A stretch of DNA of 20,000 nucleotides, taken from the IMG/VR virus record IMGVR_UViG_3300025284_000066. One strand, 5' to 3'. A program made the position numbers and the translations under genes. Positions 1 through 11,200 of the stretch are shown one piece after another. This DNA comes from an uncultured virus (IMG/VR IMGVR_UViG_3300025284_000066). Lineage: Duplodnaviria; Heunggongvirae; Uroviricota; Caudoviricetes. The stretch's first letter is position 1, and every line of letters starts with the position of its first letter. The notes under the pieces were generated by a model. That model made no database searches and was not told where the DNA came from. It saw only the letters and a program-made list of their open reading frames with translations.

Positions 1-67
1 ACTTCGTGACCTGCGCTGAAGCACAGCATGAGGCCAGGACCAGGGCCAAAAAGACGAACTGTTTCAT
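1..67 (-). CDS. 5' end (partial) of a divergent secreted protein, MKQFVFLALVLASCCASAQVTK...
   Basis: Not in the ORF track. ATG at 67 on the minus strand, GGAGGT 7 nt upstream, TAACAT -10-like hexamer at 93-98 (minus). Typical Sec signal peptide ending ASA|Q. Runs off the window edge. Confidence 0.75.
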   Translation of the reverse strand, partial: MKQFVFLALVLASCCASAQVTK

Positions 68-104
68 GTCGCCCACCTCCAATTTTTGCGAAATGTTACT
101 CGCA

Positions 105-145
105 CCCCCGTGGGGTTCGACTGGCGCGCCGGCTCTCCGAAAAAT
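105..145 (+). promoter_or_regulatory. Repeated phage promoter-like motif, copy 1 (CCCCCGTGGGGTTCGAC-N18-AAAAAT)
   Basis: Near-identical 17-mers at 2216-2232 and 16004-16020. All three are intergenic and upstream of + strand late genes. Confidence 0.65.
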
Positions 146-174
146 GGCGCGCATCGAGATCGAGAGGTAGACCC

Positions 175-2193
175 ATGCACGGCTTCAAACCCGCCACCAA
201 GCGCGCCCAGGCGCAACACCTTGCCGAGGGAGGCCTTGTGCGCGGCTTGGTGCGCAAGGTGATGGGCATTCCCGAGCCCACAGACACGGGCGCCGCGGCG
301 CCGGCGGCCACACCAGCTGCGCCGCCTCCCGCGCCAGCGCCGGCCCCCGAGAAGGCGATCACCCAGTACGCGGGCATGGGCGCGACCGAGCGTCGCATGA
401 AGGCCATGGGCCTGAAAGACGGTGGGCCGGTGCGTGGGCCGGGCACCGGCACCTCCGACAGCATCGAAACCGAGGTTCGACCGGGCAGCTACATCATGCC
501 GGCGGACTCCACCGAGCAGCTTGGCGAGGACGGCGTGGCTGCATTGGGCTTCAGCCCGGAGAAGGTGCCGGTGAACCTGAGCAACGGCGAATACCAGCTC
601 CCGCCCGAGCACGTACATGCTGTCGGCGTGGAGGCGCTCGACGCGATCAAGGACGCTACCCATGCATCGGCCCCAGGCCCGCGCGGTTTCGCGCCGAGCG
701 CGGCCGAACCGCCGGTATTCTTCGCCGACGGTGGGCTGGTTGATGAAGATCCCCGTAAGGCGCGCACCCCGCCACCCGCTGCTTCACTGGATGTCAGCGC
801 CAGCATCCCTGCGCCCTTGCCGATGCTGACGGCCTCGCTGCCGCCCAGCCCGCAGGCGCTGCAGCTGGCCGCCAACGAGAGGGCCGCTGCCGCGCCCGCA
901 CCGGCGCCCTCGTCGCAGACGAGCCCACTGGCCCAGACCCAAGGGGCCGCATTCGGCGTATTCAGGCGTGAGCCGACGGCGGGGACGCGAGGCGGCATGA
1001 TGCAGCCCTACGTTGCAACCGGCCCCGCGTCGTTCGAGCCAGCAAAGGTGCAGGAGGGCACAGGACGGCTCGATGCATTCAACGATCCGCGCTCGACGTT
1101 GTTCAAGGGCGAGGCTGATGCGGCACCTGCGCCGACCAGCCGAGGATTCGCCGGTGTGGGCGAAGGCTGGGGCAGTGGCGCGAAGCCTGTGGCAACGACC
1201 GTCGCCCCGGCAGCGCCACCCGCGGTCCGCCCGGCTGCCGCCCCTGTAGTCGCGCCGACCGCACCTGCTGTCTCGAACGATGCACCGGCGAGCTCGGCGG
1301 CACCGGCTGCGAGCCAGGTCATGCCGGGCGTGTTCAGGCAGGGCAACAGCTACGGCGACTCGCCGGCCGCCGCCGCGGCGGGCTTCGCGCCACGCTCGGC
1401 GCCGAGCGCGCAGAACATGGCTGCGGCCGACGCGCTCGAGGCGCGTGGCATCGCAGAGCGAGCCGGTGAGCGAGCTGCTGCAGCTGGAGGCTCGGCAGCC
1501 GGGTTCGCACCTGGTAACGGCCTGACGGTGATCGGAGACGACACCCACGCGGATCGTGTGCGCCGGAGCGCGTTCGGCGCGGCGAGCACGCCGTACCGAG
1601 GATCGCCAAACGGACAGCTCACAGCCAACCAGGTGCGTGTGCTGGCCGGCATGGACGAGGCAAACGGTCGAAACGCGCTCCAGCGCGACACCACCGCCGC
1701 TAACAATGCCGCTTCGCTGGAGCGCGAAGCGATCCAGCAGGCTGGCGCCTCCGGCCGGACAGCGGTGCAGGAGGCGGGCGCCAATGTTCGTGCGGGCGCT
1801 ACCAACGATGTGCAGCGTGGCGAATTGGCCCTGCGGCAGGAGGCACAGGGGTTCCAAACTCGCGGCGCCCAGCGCGTGGAGAAGCTGTACGAGCAGTACG
1901 AGAAGGCCAAGCCCGAGGAGCGGGCGGCCATCGCAGAGCAGATCCGCACGATGACGGGCAAAGAGCACCCGAGCCGCTTCACCGTGGTGCCCGGCGGGCA
2001 GGAAATCGACCCGACCACCCAGCAATCCGTCACCAGGCCGGCGCGCGTCTTCAACAACCAGACCGGCCAGTTCGTCGAACAGGGTCAGGCGCCGCGAGCC
2101 GGCCTCCCTCCGGGGATGACCCGGCAGATTGGCACTTCCAACGGGAAGCCCGTCTACGAGGATGCACAGGGCAAACGGTTCATCGGCAGCTGA
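175..2193 (+). CDS. Phage virion/ejection-type protein (672 aa), Ala/Pro-rich, with GGPVRGPGTGTSDSI...LSNGEY motif
   Basis: GAGGT SD at 164-168 supports ATG 175 rather than 28. The GG.V.GPGT.TSDSI / LSNGEY motif is familiar from phage tape-measure and internal virion proteins. Lies directly upstream of the giant virion protein. Confidence 0.7.
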   Translation: MHGFKPATKRAQAQHLAEGGLVRGLVRKVMGIPEPTDTGAAAPAATPAAPPPAPAPAPEKAITQYAGMGATERRMKAMGLKDGGPVRGPGTGTSDSIETEVRPGSYIMPADSTEQLGEDGVAALGFSPEKVPVNLSNGEYQLPPEHVHAVGVEALDAIKDATHASAPGPRGFAPSAAEPPVFFADGGLVDEDPRKARTPPPAASLDVSASIPAPLPMLTASLPPSPQALQLAANERAAAAPAPAPSSQTSPLAQTQGAAFGVFRREPTAGTRGGMMQPYVATGPASFEPAKVQEGTGRLDAFNDPRSTLFKGEADAAPAPTSRGFAGVGEGWGSGAKPVATTVAPAAPPAVRPAAAPVVAPTAPAVSNDAPASSAAPAASQVMPGVFRQGNSYGDSPAAAAAGFAPRSAPSAQNMAAADALEARGIAERAGERAAAAGGSAAGFAPGNGLTVIGDDTHADRVRRSAFGAASTPYRGSPNGQLTANQVRVLAGMDEANGRNALQRDTTAANNAASLEREAIQQAGASGRTAVQEAGANVRAGATNDVQRGELALRQEAQGFQTRGAQRVEKLYEQYEKAKPEERAAIAEQIRTMTGKEHPSRFTVVPGGQEIDPTTQQSVTRPARVFNNQTGQFVEQGQAPRAGLPPGMTRQIGTSNGKPVYEDAQGKRFIGS

Positions 2194-2215
2194 TGACGGG
2201 GCGCCGCAGAGCGCT

Positions 2216-2256
2216 CCCCTGTAGGGTTCGACGCACAGAGCGCCCGTCGGAAGACT
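2216..2256 (+). promoter_or_regulatory. Repeated phage promoter-like motif, copy 2 (CCCCTGTAGGGTTCGAC-N18-AAGACT-N6-ATG)
   Basis: Same 17-mer and spacing. ATG 2263 lies 6 nt after the hexamer with no obvious SD, suggesting a leaderless transcript. Confidence 0.65.
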
Positions 2257-2262
2257 GGCGCA

Positions 2263-5200
2263 ATGGCTGGCGAAACTCTCAAGCCCTTCGACGGGCAACT
2301 CGATACCACACCGCACAACCTCACCCCGTTTTCGGGTGAGCTCGATCCGCCCGATGCAAAGCGCACCGTGCTCGGCACCGTAAAGGATGTCGGGGTCACG
2401 GCGCTGAAGGGCGCGGTCGGCCTTCCGCAGAGCGTCGTCGGCCTGGCTGACATCGTGACGGGCGGCCGCGCTGGCAAAGCTCTGGAGCAGGCCGGCGTCG
2501 GCTTCGAGGAGACACAGAAGTTCCTCGACGACCAATATTCCGACGCGCAGAAGGCCGCCAACCGCAAGGTGCAGGCGGCCGATGGCTTCGTCGATACGGC
2601 CAAGACCATGCTGGAGAACCCCAGCACCATCGCTACCAGCGTGGGCGAGTCGATTCCACAGATGCTCGGCGGCGCGGGCGTCGCGCGCGGCTTGCTCAAG
2701 GTGGCGCCCAAGATTGCGCCGGCCATCGCTGGCGCCATCGGTGAGGGCGTGCTGGGAGCGGGCTCGCAGGCCGAGCAGATCCGCCAAGAGACGCAGGACG
2801 GGTTGCTCACCCCGAAGCAGGCGGCTCTGTCCGCCGCGACCGGTGCCGCTACTGCTGGCTTCGGTGCACTCGGCGGACGCCTGGCGCAGCGCCTTGGCAT
2901 CGGCGATGCCGACACGATGCTGGCGCAGGGAGCCATCCACGGCGCCGGGCCCGCCTCGCAGCGTTCGCTCGCGCGCCAGGTTGGCGCTGGCATGCTGTCC
3001 GAGGGCGTGCTCGAAGAGCTGCCGCAGTCGATGTCCGAGCAGGCGCTGCAGAACCTCGCGCTGGACAAGCCCGTCGGAGAAGGTGTCGGCAAGGCCGCCG
3101 CCGCCGGGTTGCTCGCGGGCGGCGCCATGGGCGGCGGGGCCGCGCTGTTGCACGGCGCGACTGGTCAGCATGCCCCGAATCAGGCGGAGCCCGGTAGCGC
3201 GGAGCGCGTGCCCGGCGAGCAGCTCTCGCTGTTGCCGGTGGACGAAGCTCCGGCAGCCGCGGCGGCGAGCGAGCTGCCCGCCGTTGCGGGTGGCCTGGCC
3301 AGCGTGCAGCGCACCTTCGATCCGCGCGACCCGGGCAGCCGGCCGCCGCTGGACGTGATGCCCACGGCCCCCACCGATGGAGTGGAGTTCGAGGCGGCGC
3401 CGCAGGTCGCGCGCGAGTTCAGCACGGGCAATCTTTCGCTCGCTGATGAAGCACAGCCCGTGCGCCCCTCCGAAAAGATGGGGCTGGACCCTGCAGCAGG
3501 CCCGCTGTCCACTGCCGCCGCGATGGCGGTGGATGGTGGCGCGCACGACGTGATGAACGCGGCCGCTCAACTCGCCGCTCAGGCCGAAGCCGCCGACGGC
3601 AAGGGCACGAAGCCGGCAGCAGCTTCTCCGGCACCCGCCAGTGTGCCGATGGCGAACGTCAACGCCGAAACCGGCGAGATCTCCGGACAACCGCAAGACC
3701 GAGAGGCCGAACTGCGGGCACGCCTGGAGTTCGTGCGCCAACAGGCCGCGTCGAACGGCTGGGACCAGCGCCTGATCGCCGAGCGCGACAGCGCGCGAGC
3801 TGAACTGGCCGCACTTGCGCCCGCTGCCGCAGCGCCGACCAGCGTGCAGGAGGGCATCGCTCAAGCGCGCGCCCGCCGCGCAGCGCCCGAATCCGCACCG
3901 CAACCCAAAGGAGAAGCCCTTGGCACTCAAGCCGACCAAGCCCAGCAAGCAGGCACGCAACAAGCGCCGGCAGGAACAGAAGCGCCAGCAGCTGAGCCAA
4001 TCGCGTCCGCCACAACGCTGACGCCCGCGCCGGCAGCACCGGCTGTACCGAACGCGAAGCGCGAGAAGGCGGTGCGCCGCGTGGAAGAAGGGCGCGCATG
4101 GTTCTTGTCCCGCGACAAGGCGCAGTCCTTCGTGGACACGTCGGGCCTCGCGGACACGCACGAAGTGGTGCCGGACAACCGCCGTTTCGTTGTGCAGGCC
4201 AAGGCCGAGCAGCCGGCACAGGATGCGCAGCCGCAAACCGCTGCGCCGGCCGATCAGCTGGCGGACCTGCGCCGCCGACGCGCCGAGGCCGAGCCGGGCA
4301 CGCCCCTGCGCCGCGACATCGATAACGACATCGCGGCGTTGGAGCGCGAACAGCAGCAAGCAGTTCGCCGGCCTGAAGCGGTAGCGCCGGTGGATGCTGC
4401 GGCGAACGAAGCCGCCACCAGCCCGCAGAACGACCTGCCCGAGCCTAGTCAGGCCCAGAAAGAGGCGGGCAACTACAAGATGGGCCACCTGTCCGGTGAC
4501 GAGGTACAGGGCCTGCGCATCAGCGTGGAGAACCCGCACGGCAGCACGCGCAGCGGCACCTCGCCGGACGGGACCGAGTGGAGCAACACGATGGCCGCGC
4601 ACTACGGCTACGTGAAGGGCTCCGAGGCAGCAGACGGCGACCACGTGGATGTGTTCGTCGGGCCGGCAGCCGCGACAGCACCGACGGTCTACGTGGTGGA
4701 CCAGATCAACGCGGATGGCTCCTACGACGAGGCCAAGGCGCTGATGGGGTTCAACAGCGAAGCCGAGGCCTTGGCCGCCTACAAGGGGAGTTACAACAAG
4801 GGCTGGAAGGTCGGTCCGGTCACCGCGATGTCGATGGACGACTTCAAGGCTGCGCTCGCGGACGGGCGCCTGAAGAAGCCGCTCTCGTCCACATTGAGCG
4901 AGTCCGTGCGCGAATCCTCGCCCGCTCCAGCAGCGCAGCGCGCTACGACGATGGAGACGGCGCGCACCGCGCTGGCTTCGTACTTCGATTGGTATCTCAG
5001 CCGCAATCCGAAGGCATCCCGTCCGATGGGCGGGATCTATCAGGGCAACAGCTTCACGCTCGACTCCGGCGGCGCGCCATTCACGAAGGCGGGCCAGGTG
5101 CAGGTGAACGGCTTTAAGGAACTGACCTTCAACTACACGGCCGCGTGGAAAGAGGCTCAGTCGCGCGCCGCCGCAGCAGCGCCGGCCGCCGCCCCGATTG

Positions 5201-8200
5201 CTGCTACCAACGCAGGAGACGAAAATGGACGAAATGCAGGAACTGTACCGACCGAACGACTACCCGCCGCCGATCAAGGAAGCGATGCGCGCGATGCCGG
5301 CGCTGGCGACCGAGATCGCCAACCGGTGGATGCTCGGGTGGCCGAAGCGGGTGAAGGCGCTGATCGAGGCGAGCGAGTTCCTGCGGGCGCTGAAGGAGCA
5401 GGAGGAGGCCGAGCGGAGGGCGTACAGCGACTCCGGGAATCGGCACCTGGCGAGGCACGAGATAGCCGAGTTGTACGGCCTGAGCGACAGTCCGCCGACG
5501 CTGTAGCCGACCCGGCGACCGCCGAGGCCTCGCCAAAGCCCGAGCTCGACCAGTCGGGCGACCACACGCTGGATGCCGACGATATCGGCAAGGGTGGGCT
5601 CACCAAGAAGTACCGCGACAACATCGCTGCCATCCGCATCCTGAAGGCGCTCGCCAGCGAGAGCCGCAAGGCCACCCCGGAGGAGCGCAAGCAGATCGCG
5701 CGCTACGTCGGCTGGGGTGCGCTGAAGGGCGTGTTCGACCCGCAGAACAAGCAGTGGGCCAAGGAATTCGCCGAGCTGCGCGAGTTGTTGACCGATGCCG
5801 AGTACAAGGCCGCTCGCGCGTCGATGCTGAACGCGCACTACACGGCGCCGGTGGTGGTCAACGGCATCTACGATGCGCTCGAGCGCATGGGGTTCACCGC
5901 TGGCCGCGTTCTCGAACCGGCGGTGGGAACCGGCAACTTCTTCGGCCTGATGCCCGCGAGCATGCGCAAGCGCTCGCAGCTGCATGGCGTGGAGCTGGAC
6001 CCGCTCACCAGCCAGATCGCGGCGGCGCTGTATCCGAGCGCCAAGGTGGCGCGGGCCACCGCGTTCCAGGACTTCCAGGCCCCGTCCGAGTACTTCGACC
6101 TGGCGGTGGGCAATCCGCCATTCGGCTCGGAGCCCATCGTCGATGACGACCGCTCGCCGTATTCGGGTTTCTCGATCCACAACTACTTCTTCGCCAAGAG
6201 CATCGACAAGCTGCGCCCCGGTGGCCTGCTGACTATGGTGGTGTCGCACAACTTCCTTGACGCCAAGAACGAAGCAGCACGGCAGTGGATCGCCGATCGG
6301 GCCAACCTGGTGGCAGCGGTCCGGCTGCCGCGAACCGCGTTCAAGGAGAACGCCGGCACCGACGTGGTGACCGACATCGTGGTGCTCCAGAAGAAAACGG
6401 AATCCGAGCGCGCGAACGGATTGGGCGATGCGGCGTGGGTGAAGGTCGGCCAGCAGACCCTCACCAACCCGAAGACCGGCGAGGCGACGCAGCACAACGT
6501 CAGCAGCTACTTCCTGACCAATCCCGATGCGGTGCTGGGCACGCCGGTGGCGGCCGGAGCGATGTATCGCCTGGGCGAGTACACGGTGGAGCCCTCTGGC
6601 GATCTGGCGCAACAGCTGAAGGCATGGGCCACCGCGCTCCCGGAAGACCTCTATCAGCCTGTGGAGCGCACGCACGAGCAGGAAGCCGCCGACGTGGTGG
6701 TGCCTGACGGTGTGAAGGTCGGTTCGTTCTACGTGGACGACAGCGGCCGCGTGCAGATGCGCGGCCCGGATTCGCTGGGCAACCGAACGGCAGAGCCGTG
6801 GACGCCGCCCAACGTGAAGGCTGCCGAGCGCATGAAGGGGATGGTGGGCCTGCGCGACGCGCTGCGAGCACAGATGCGCCTGGAGCGCTCCCCGGACTCG
6901 ACCGACGGACAGATCGAGCAGCACCGCCGCGAGTTGAATCGCCTCTATGACGGGTTCCAGAGCAAGTACGGCTACCTGAACGACCCGACCAACCGCCGCA
7001 TCTTCCTGGACGACACCGAGTCGGCCCTGGTGCTGGCGCTGGAGTTCGACTACGACCGTGGCGTGAGCAAGGCGGTGGCCGAGCGCGAGGACATCGAACC
7101 GCGTGCGCCCAAGGCGATCAAGGCCGACATCTTCGCGCGGCGCGTGATGTTCCCGCCCGCGGACAACATCAAGGTGAGCAACGCCAAGGACGCGCTGCTG
7201 GCCAGCCTGAACTACAAGGGCCGGCTGGATGCCGCCTACATGGCGACGCTGTACGACAAGTCTCCGGCCCAGATCGTGTCGGAGCTTGGTGACGTGGTGT
7301 ATGCCGACCCGGTGAATGGGCTCGTGATGGCCGACGAATATCTGTCGGGCGACGTGAAGACGAAGCTGGCCGAAGCAGAAGCCGCCGCGCGTGACGACCC
7401 GGCGCTGCGCCGCAACGTGGAGGCCCTGCGCAAGGTCATTCCGGCCGACAAGCGGCCGAGCGAGATCCACGCGGCCATGGGCGCGGCTTTCATTCCACCG
7501 GAGCTGTTCCAGCAGTTCGCCAAGGAAGTGACCGGCGCCGAAGCGCGCGTCACCTACCTGCGCGCTACCGGCCAATGGCTGGTGGACTACACGTCCCAGC
7601 CCAACCCGGCGCTCAACACGGCGAAGTGGGGCATTGGCAGGATGACCGCGCAGAACATCTTCATGCGCACGATGGCCGGCCAGGGCGTGGTGGTCACGGA
7701 CACCATCCGCGACCCGAACGGTGGTACCCGCACCGTGGTGCTGGAGAAGGAAACGGAGGCCGCGCGCGAGAAGCAGGCCGCGATGAAGGCCGAATGGCAG
7801 CGCTGGCTGTGGAGCGACCCTGAGCGCGCCGACCGTGTGGCGGGCATCTACAACGACAAGATGAACCGCATCGTGGTGCGGCGCTTCGATGGCTCGCACA
7901 TGACCTTCCCGGGCATGTCGCCCGCGATGGAGTTGCTGCCGCACCAGAAAGATGCCGTATGGCGCGCGCTTCAGCAGCGCCAGATCCTGCTGGATCACGT
8001 CGTCGGTGCTGGCAAGACCTTCGAGGTTGTGGCTGCCATCATGGAAATGCGCCGGCTGGGCATCGCGCGAAAGCCAATCGTCACGGTGCCCAACCACCTC
8101 ACCCTGCAGTGGCGCAGCGAGTTTTCGCGCCTGTACCCGGCGGCCAACGTGCTGGCGGCCACGCCCGATGACTTCACCAAGGGCAACCGGGAGAAGTTCT

Positions 8201-11200
8201 TCTCCAAGATCGTCACCGGCGACTGGGATGCCGTCATCATCGGCCACTCCAGCCTGAAGAGGATCGCGCTGCCGGCCGAAACGGAAAAGGCCGTGCTGGA
8301 AGAGCAGATTACCGAGCTGGCCGACAGCATCGGCGAAATGAAGCGCGCCCGCGGCGACCGGAATGTCGTGCGCGACATGGAGAGCATCAAGGCCCGCCTG
8401 GAAGCCCGCATGAAGCAGCGCGTGCAAGCCCTTGGCGAGCGCGACAAGGTGGTGACCTTCGACGAGCTCGGCGTCGATGCTTTCGCCATCGACGAGCTGC
8501 ACGAGTTCAAGAACCTCTTCTACAACTCCACCATGGAGCGCGTGCCCGGCATGGGCAACCCCGGCGGCTCGGACAAGGCGTTCGACCTGTTCGTGAAGGC
8601 GCAGTACCTCTTCGACGCGCTGGGGGACAAGGCGCCGCTGATGGGCGCGACCGGCACGCCGGTTTCCAACAGCCTGGTGGAAATGTTCAATATGCAGCGG
8701 TTCCTGCAGTACCCGACGCTGAAGGCGCAGGGCCTGCACGTCTTCGACGCCTGGGCCAAGCAGTTCGGCAGCGTGGAATCGCTGTACGAGGTGTCGCCGT
8801 CTGGGACCGGCTACCGCCAGGCCTCGCGCTTCGCCAAGTTCAAGAACCTGCCGGCGCTGATGGGCATGTACCAGACCTTCGCCGACACGGTGACGCTGGA
8901 CGATCTGAAGGCGCAAGAGGAAGCCCGAGGCCGCACATTCCCGGTGCCGCAGGTGGCCGGCGGCCGCCCGGTGAACGTGGTGGCGAAGCGCTCGCCGGAG
9001 GTGGCCAACTTCATGGGCGTGCCGCAACTGGACATCCAGGGCGGGCGAGTGCAGTTCGGGTTCAACCCGGCCGCTGGGGAGCGCGCAGTTATCGAGAAGG
9101 CCGAGGACGGCAACAGCTGGCGCGCCGAAACCCGCGTGCCGCAGCCCGACGAGAAGGAGATTCGGCAGCTGATCGGCTCGGCCAAGACCGAAGAGGATGC
9201 CAAGCTGCTGGTGGTCGAAGCCGCCCTGTCGCCCAAGATCAAGGTGGACCCGAAGTCGATCCTCGGCCAGTTCGCCGACCTGAAGCGGCTGACGAAGGAA
9301 ACGAAGGGGAAGGTCAACGCGCTGTCGCTGACCGGCCAAGCCAACAAGGCGGGCTTGGACTTCCGCCTGATCGACCCGTCGGCGCCCGACTTCGAGGGCT
9401 CGAAGATCAATCTCGCCGTCGACCGCATGCTGGGCACCTACCAGAAGTGGACCAGCGACCGAGGAACGCAACTGGTCTTCTGCGACCTGTCCGTGCCCCT
9501 CTCGGCACGCAGCGGCTTCGGCAGCAAGGAGCGGCGCGTGTACGTGCGAGACGACGGCGCCCTGGTGCACAAGAAGGGCACCATGCACACGGTTCGCGGC
9601 CACGAAGACTTGCCGTTCTTCGTGGTGAAGGAGGGCGGCAAGGACGCCAAGGCCTTCGCCATCTACGACGCCGCCACGGGCTTGCGCGTGCACGCCGGCC
9701 TGCCGGCCAAGGGCATTGCGACCGACTGGGCGGCGCAGGCCCTGAACGACGACGGCCGCCGCCAGCGCTGGATCGACGCCCGCGACCGCATCGGCGACCT
9801 CCAGCAGGACGAGATCGACGACTACAACAACGCCAACGAGATCGACACCGAGGAAACCGAATCGATCTCGCTGGCCGACATCGCAGGCATGTCGGGAGCC
9901 ACCGCGTTCTCGGTGTACGACGACATCAAGGGCAAGTTGATGGCGCGCGGCGTGCCGGAGCGCGAAATCGCCTTCATCCACGACTACAACACGCCCGCAG
10001 CGAAGGACAAGCTGTTCAAGGCGGTGAATCGGGGCGACATCCGCTTCCTGCTGGGCTCCACGCCGAAGATGGGCGCCGGCACCAACGTGCAGGAGCGCCT
10101 GGTCGGGCTGCATCACATTGACGCGCCCTGGCGCCCGAGCGACCTGGAGCAACGCGAGGGCCGCATCATCCGCCGCGGCAATGCGCTCTATGCTCGTGAC
10201 CCGGATGGTTTCGAGGTGGAAATCTACCGCTACGCCACCGAGCAGACCTACGACACCCGCCGGTGGCAGATCCTGGAGCACAAGGCTCGCGGCATCGAGC
10301 AGCTGCGTAAGTACGACGGCACCCTCAACGAGATCGACGACATCGAGGGGGAGGCCGCCAACGCGGCCGACATGAAGGCCGCCGCCTCGGGCGACCCGCT
10401 CATCCTGGAAGAAACACGGCTCCGCAACGATGTGCGCCGCCTCGAATCACTGCAAGCCTCCCACGCGGACGAAACGGCTTCGATGGTGCGCCAGGCGCGC
10501 GACCAACAACGCTTCGCGCAAGACTGGGGCCCGAAGGAGCTGGAAACGTTCCGAGGTCTGCAGGCTGCCGCCGAGGCCAACCCGGTGCCCAAGGATGGCT
10601 TCGCTGGCCTGACCGTTGCCGGGAAGACGATCACCGACCGCGAAGCGGCTATCAAGGCCGTCAAGCGGGGCATCGATCGTGTGTTCGTAAGCGGCGGGCA
10701 GGAGGAGTTCCAGTACCGAGGCGTGACCTTCATGCTGGAAGGCACGCCCGACCACGTGGAGCTCAATTCGCCCACCGGTGGGCTGGATTCCTATCGGCCG
10801 GCCAGGGACGTGCTGCCGTCGGCGGCGGGCATCCTGACCCGCTTCGGCAACTACATCAACCGTCTCCCGGCGCACATCGTCGACCTCGATGCGAAGATCA
10901 CGGAAGCGAAGCAGGCGGCAGTGCAATTGCGCGAGCAGGCCGGCAAGCCATTCGCCCAGGCGAAGGAGCTGGAGTCAGCACGCGAGGCACATCGCCGGGT
11001 GCAGCGCCGGCTCGTGGCGAAGGGGCCGGACATCCCGCTGAACCAGCGACCCGCCCTGCAGAAGGCCATGGCCGAGCAGCGCCAGCAGCTCATCGAGCAG
11101 GGGTTCGGGGATACGCTCGAGGAGTTCGGCGGTGGCGCCGACGATGCGCAGTTCCGCCGGGACGGGACCGAAATGCTGTCGCCCGAGGCAGCCAGAGCCA

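Noticed and set aside
105..121. GGTTCGA motif copies read as tRNA T-loops or CRISPR repeats
   Set aside because: No cloverleaf context, the copies are kilobases apart, and there is no spacer array or cas gene.
28..174. N-terminal extension of the first ORF from ATG 28
   Set aside because: It overlaps a divergent gene start and the promoter motif. The SD and protein-like sequence begin at ATG 175.
784..4644. 1286-aa minus-strand ORF
   Set aside because: Antisense shadow of high-GC3 + strand genes. R/G/L-rich, with no recognisable motifs.
5225..5506. Sequencing or programmed frameshift explanation for the codon-bias switch
   Set aside because: The giant frame stays open throughout and the +1 ORF has its own SD, start and stop. 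A pair of compensating errors is less parsimonious, though read-level checking would be decisive.
9490..9900. Intein in the helicase
   Set aside because: No recognisable intein N-terminal block, C-terminal HN-[C/S/T] junction or LAGLIDADG motif.
5260..10281. 1673-aa minus-strand ORF (likewise 10975-12597 and 13372-14817)
   Set aside because: Codon-aligned antisense mirror of the giant gene, expected in high-GC DNA. Composition (V/L/D/H/R-rich) is typical of shadows.
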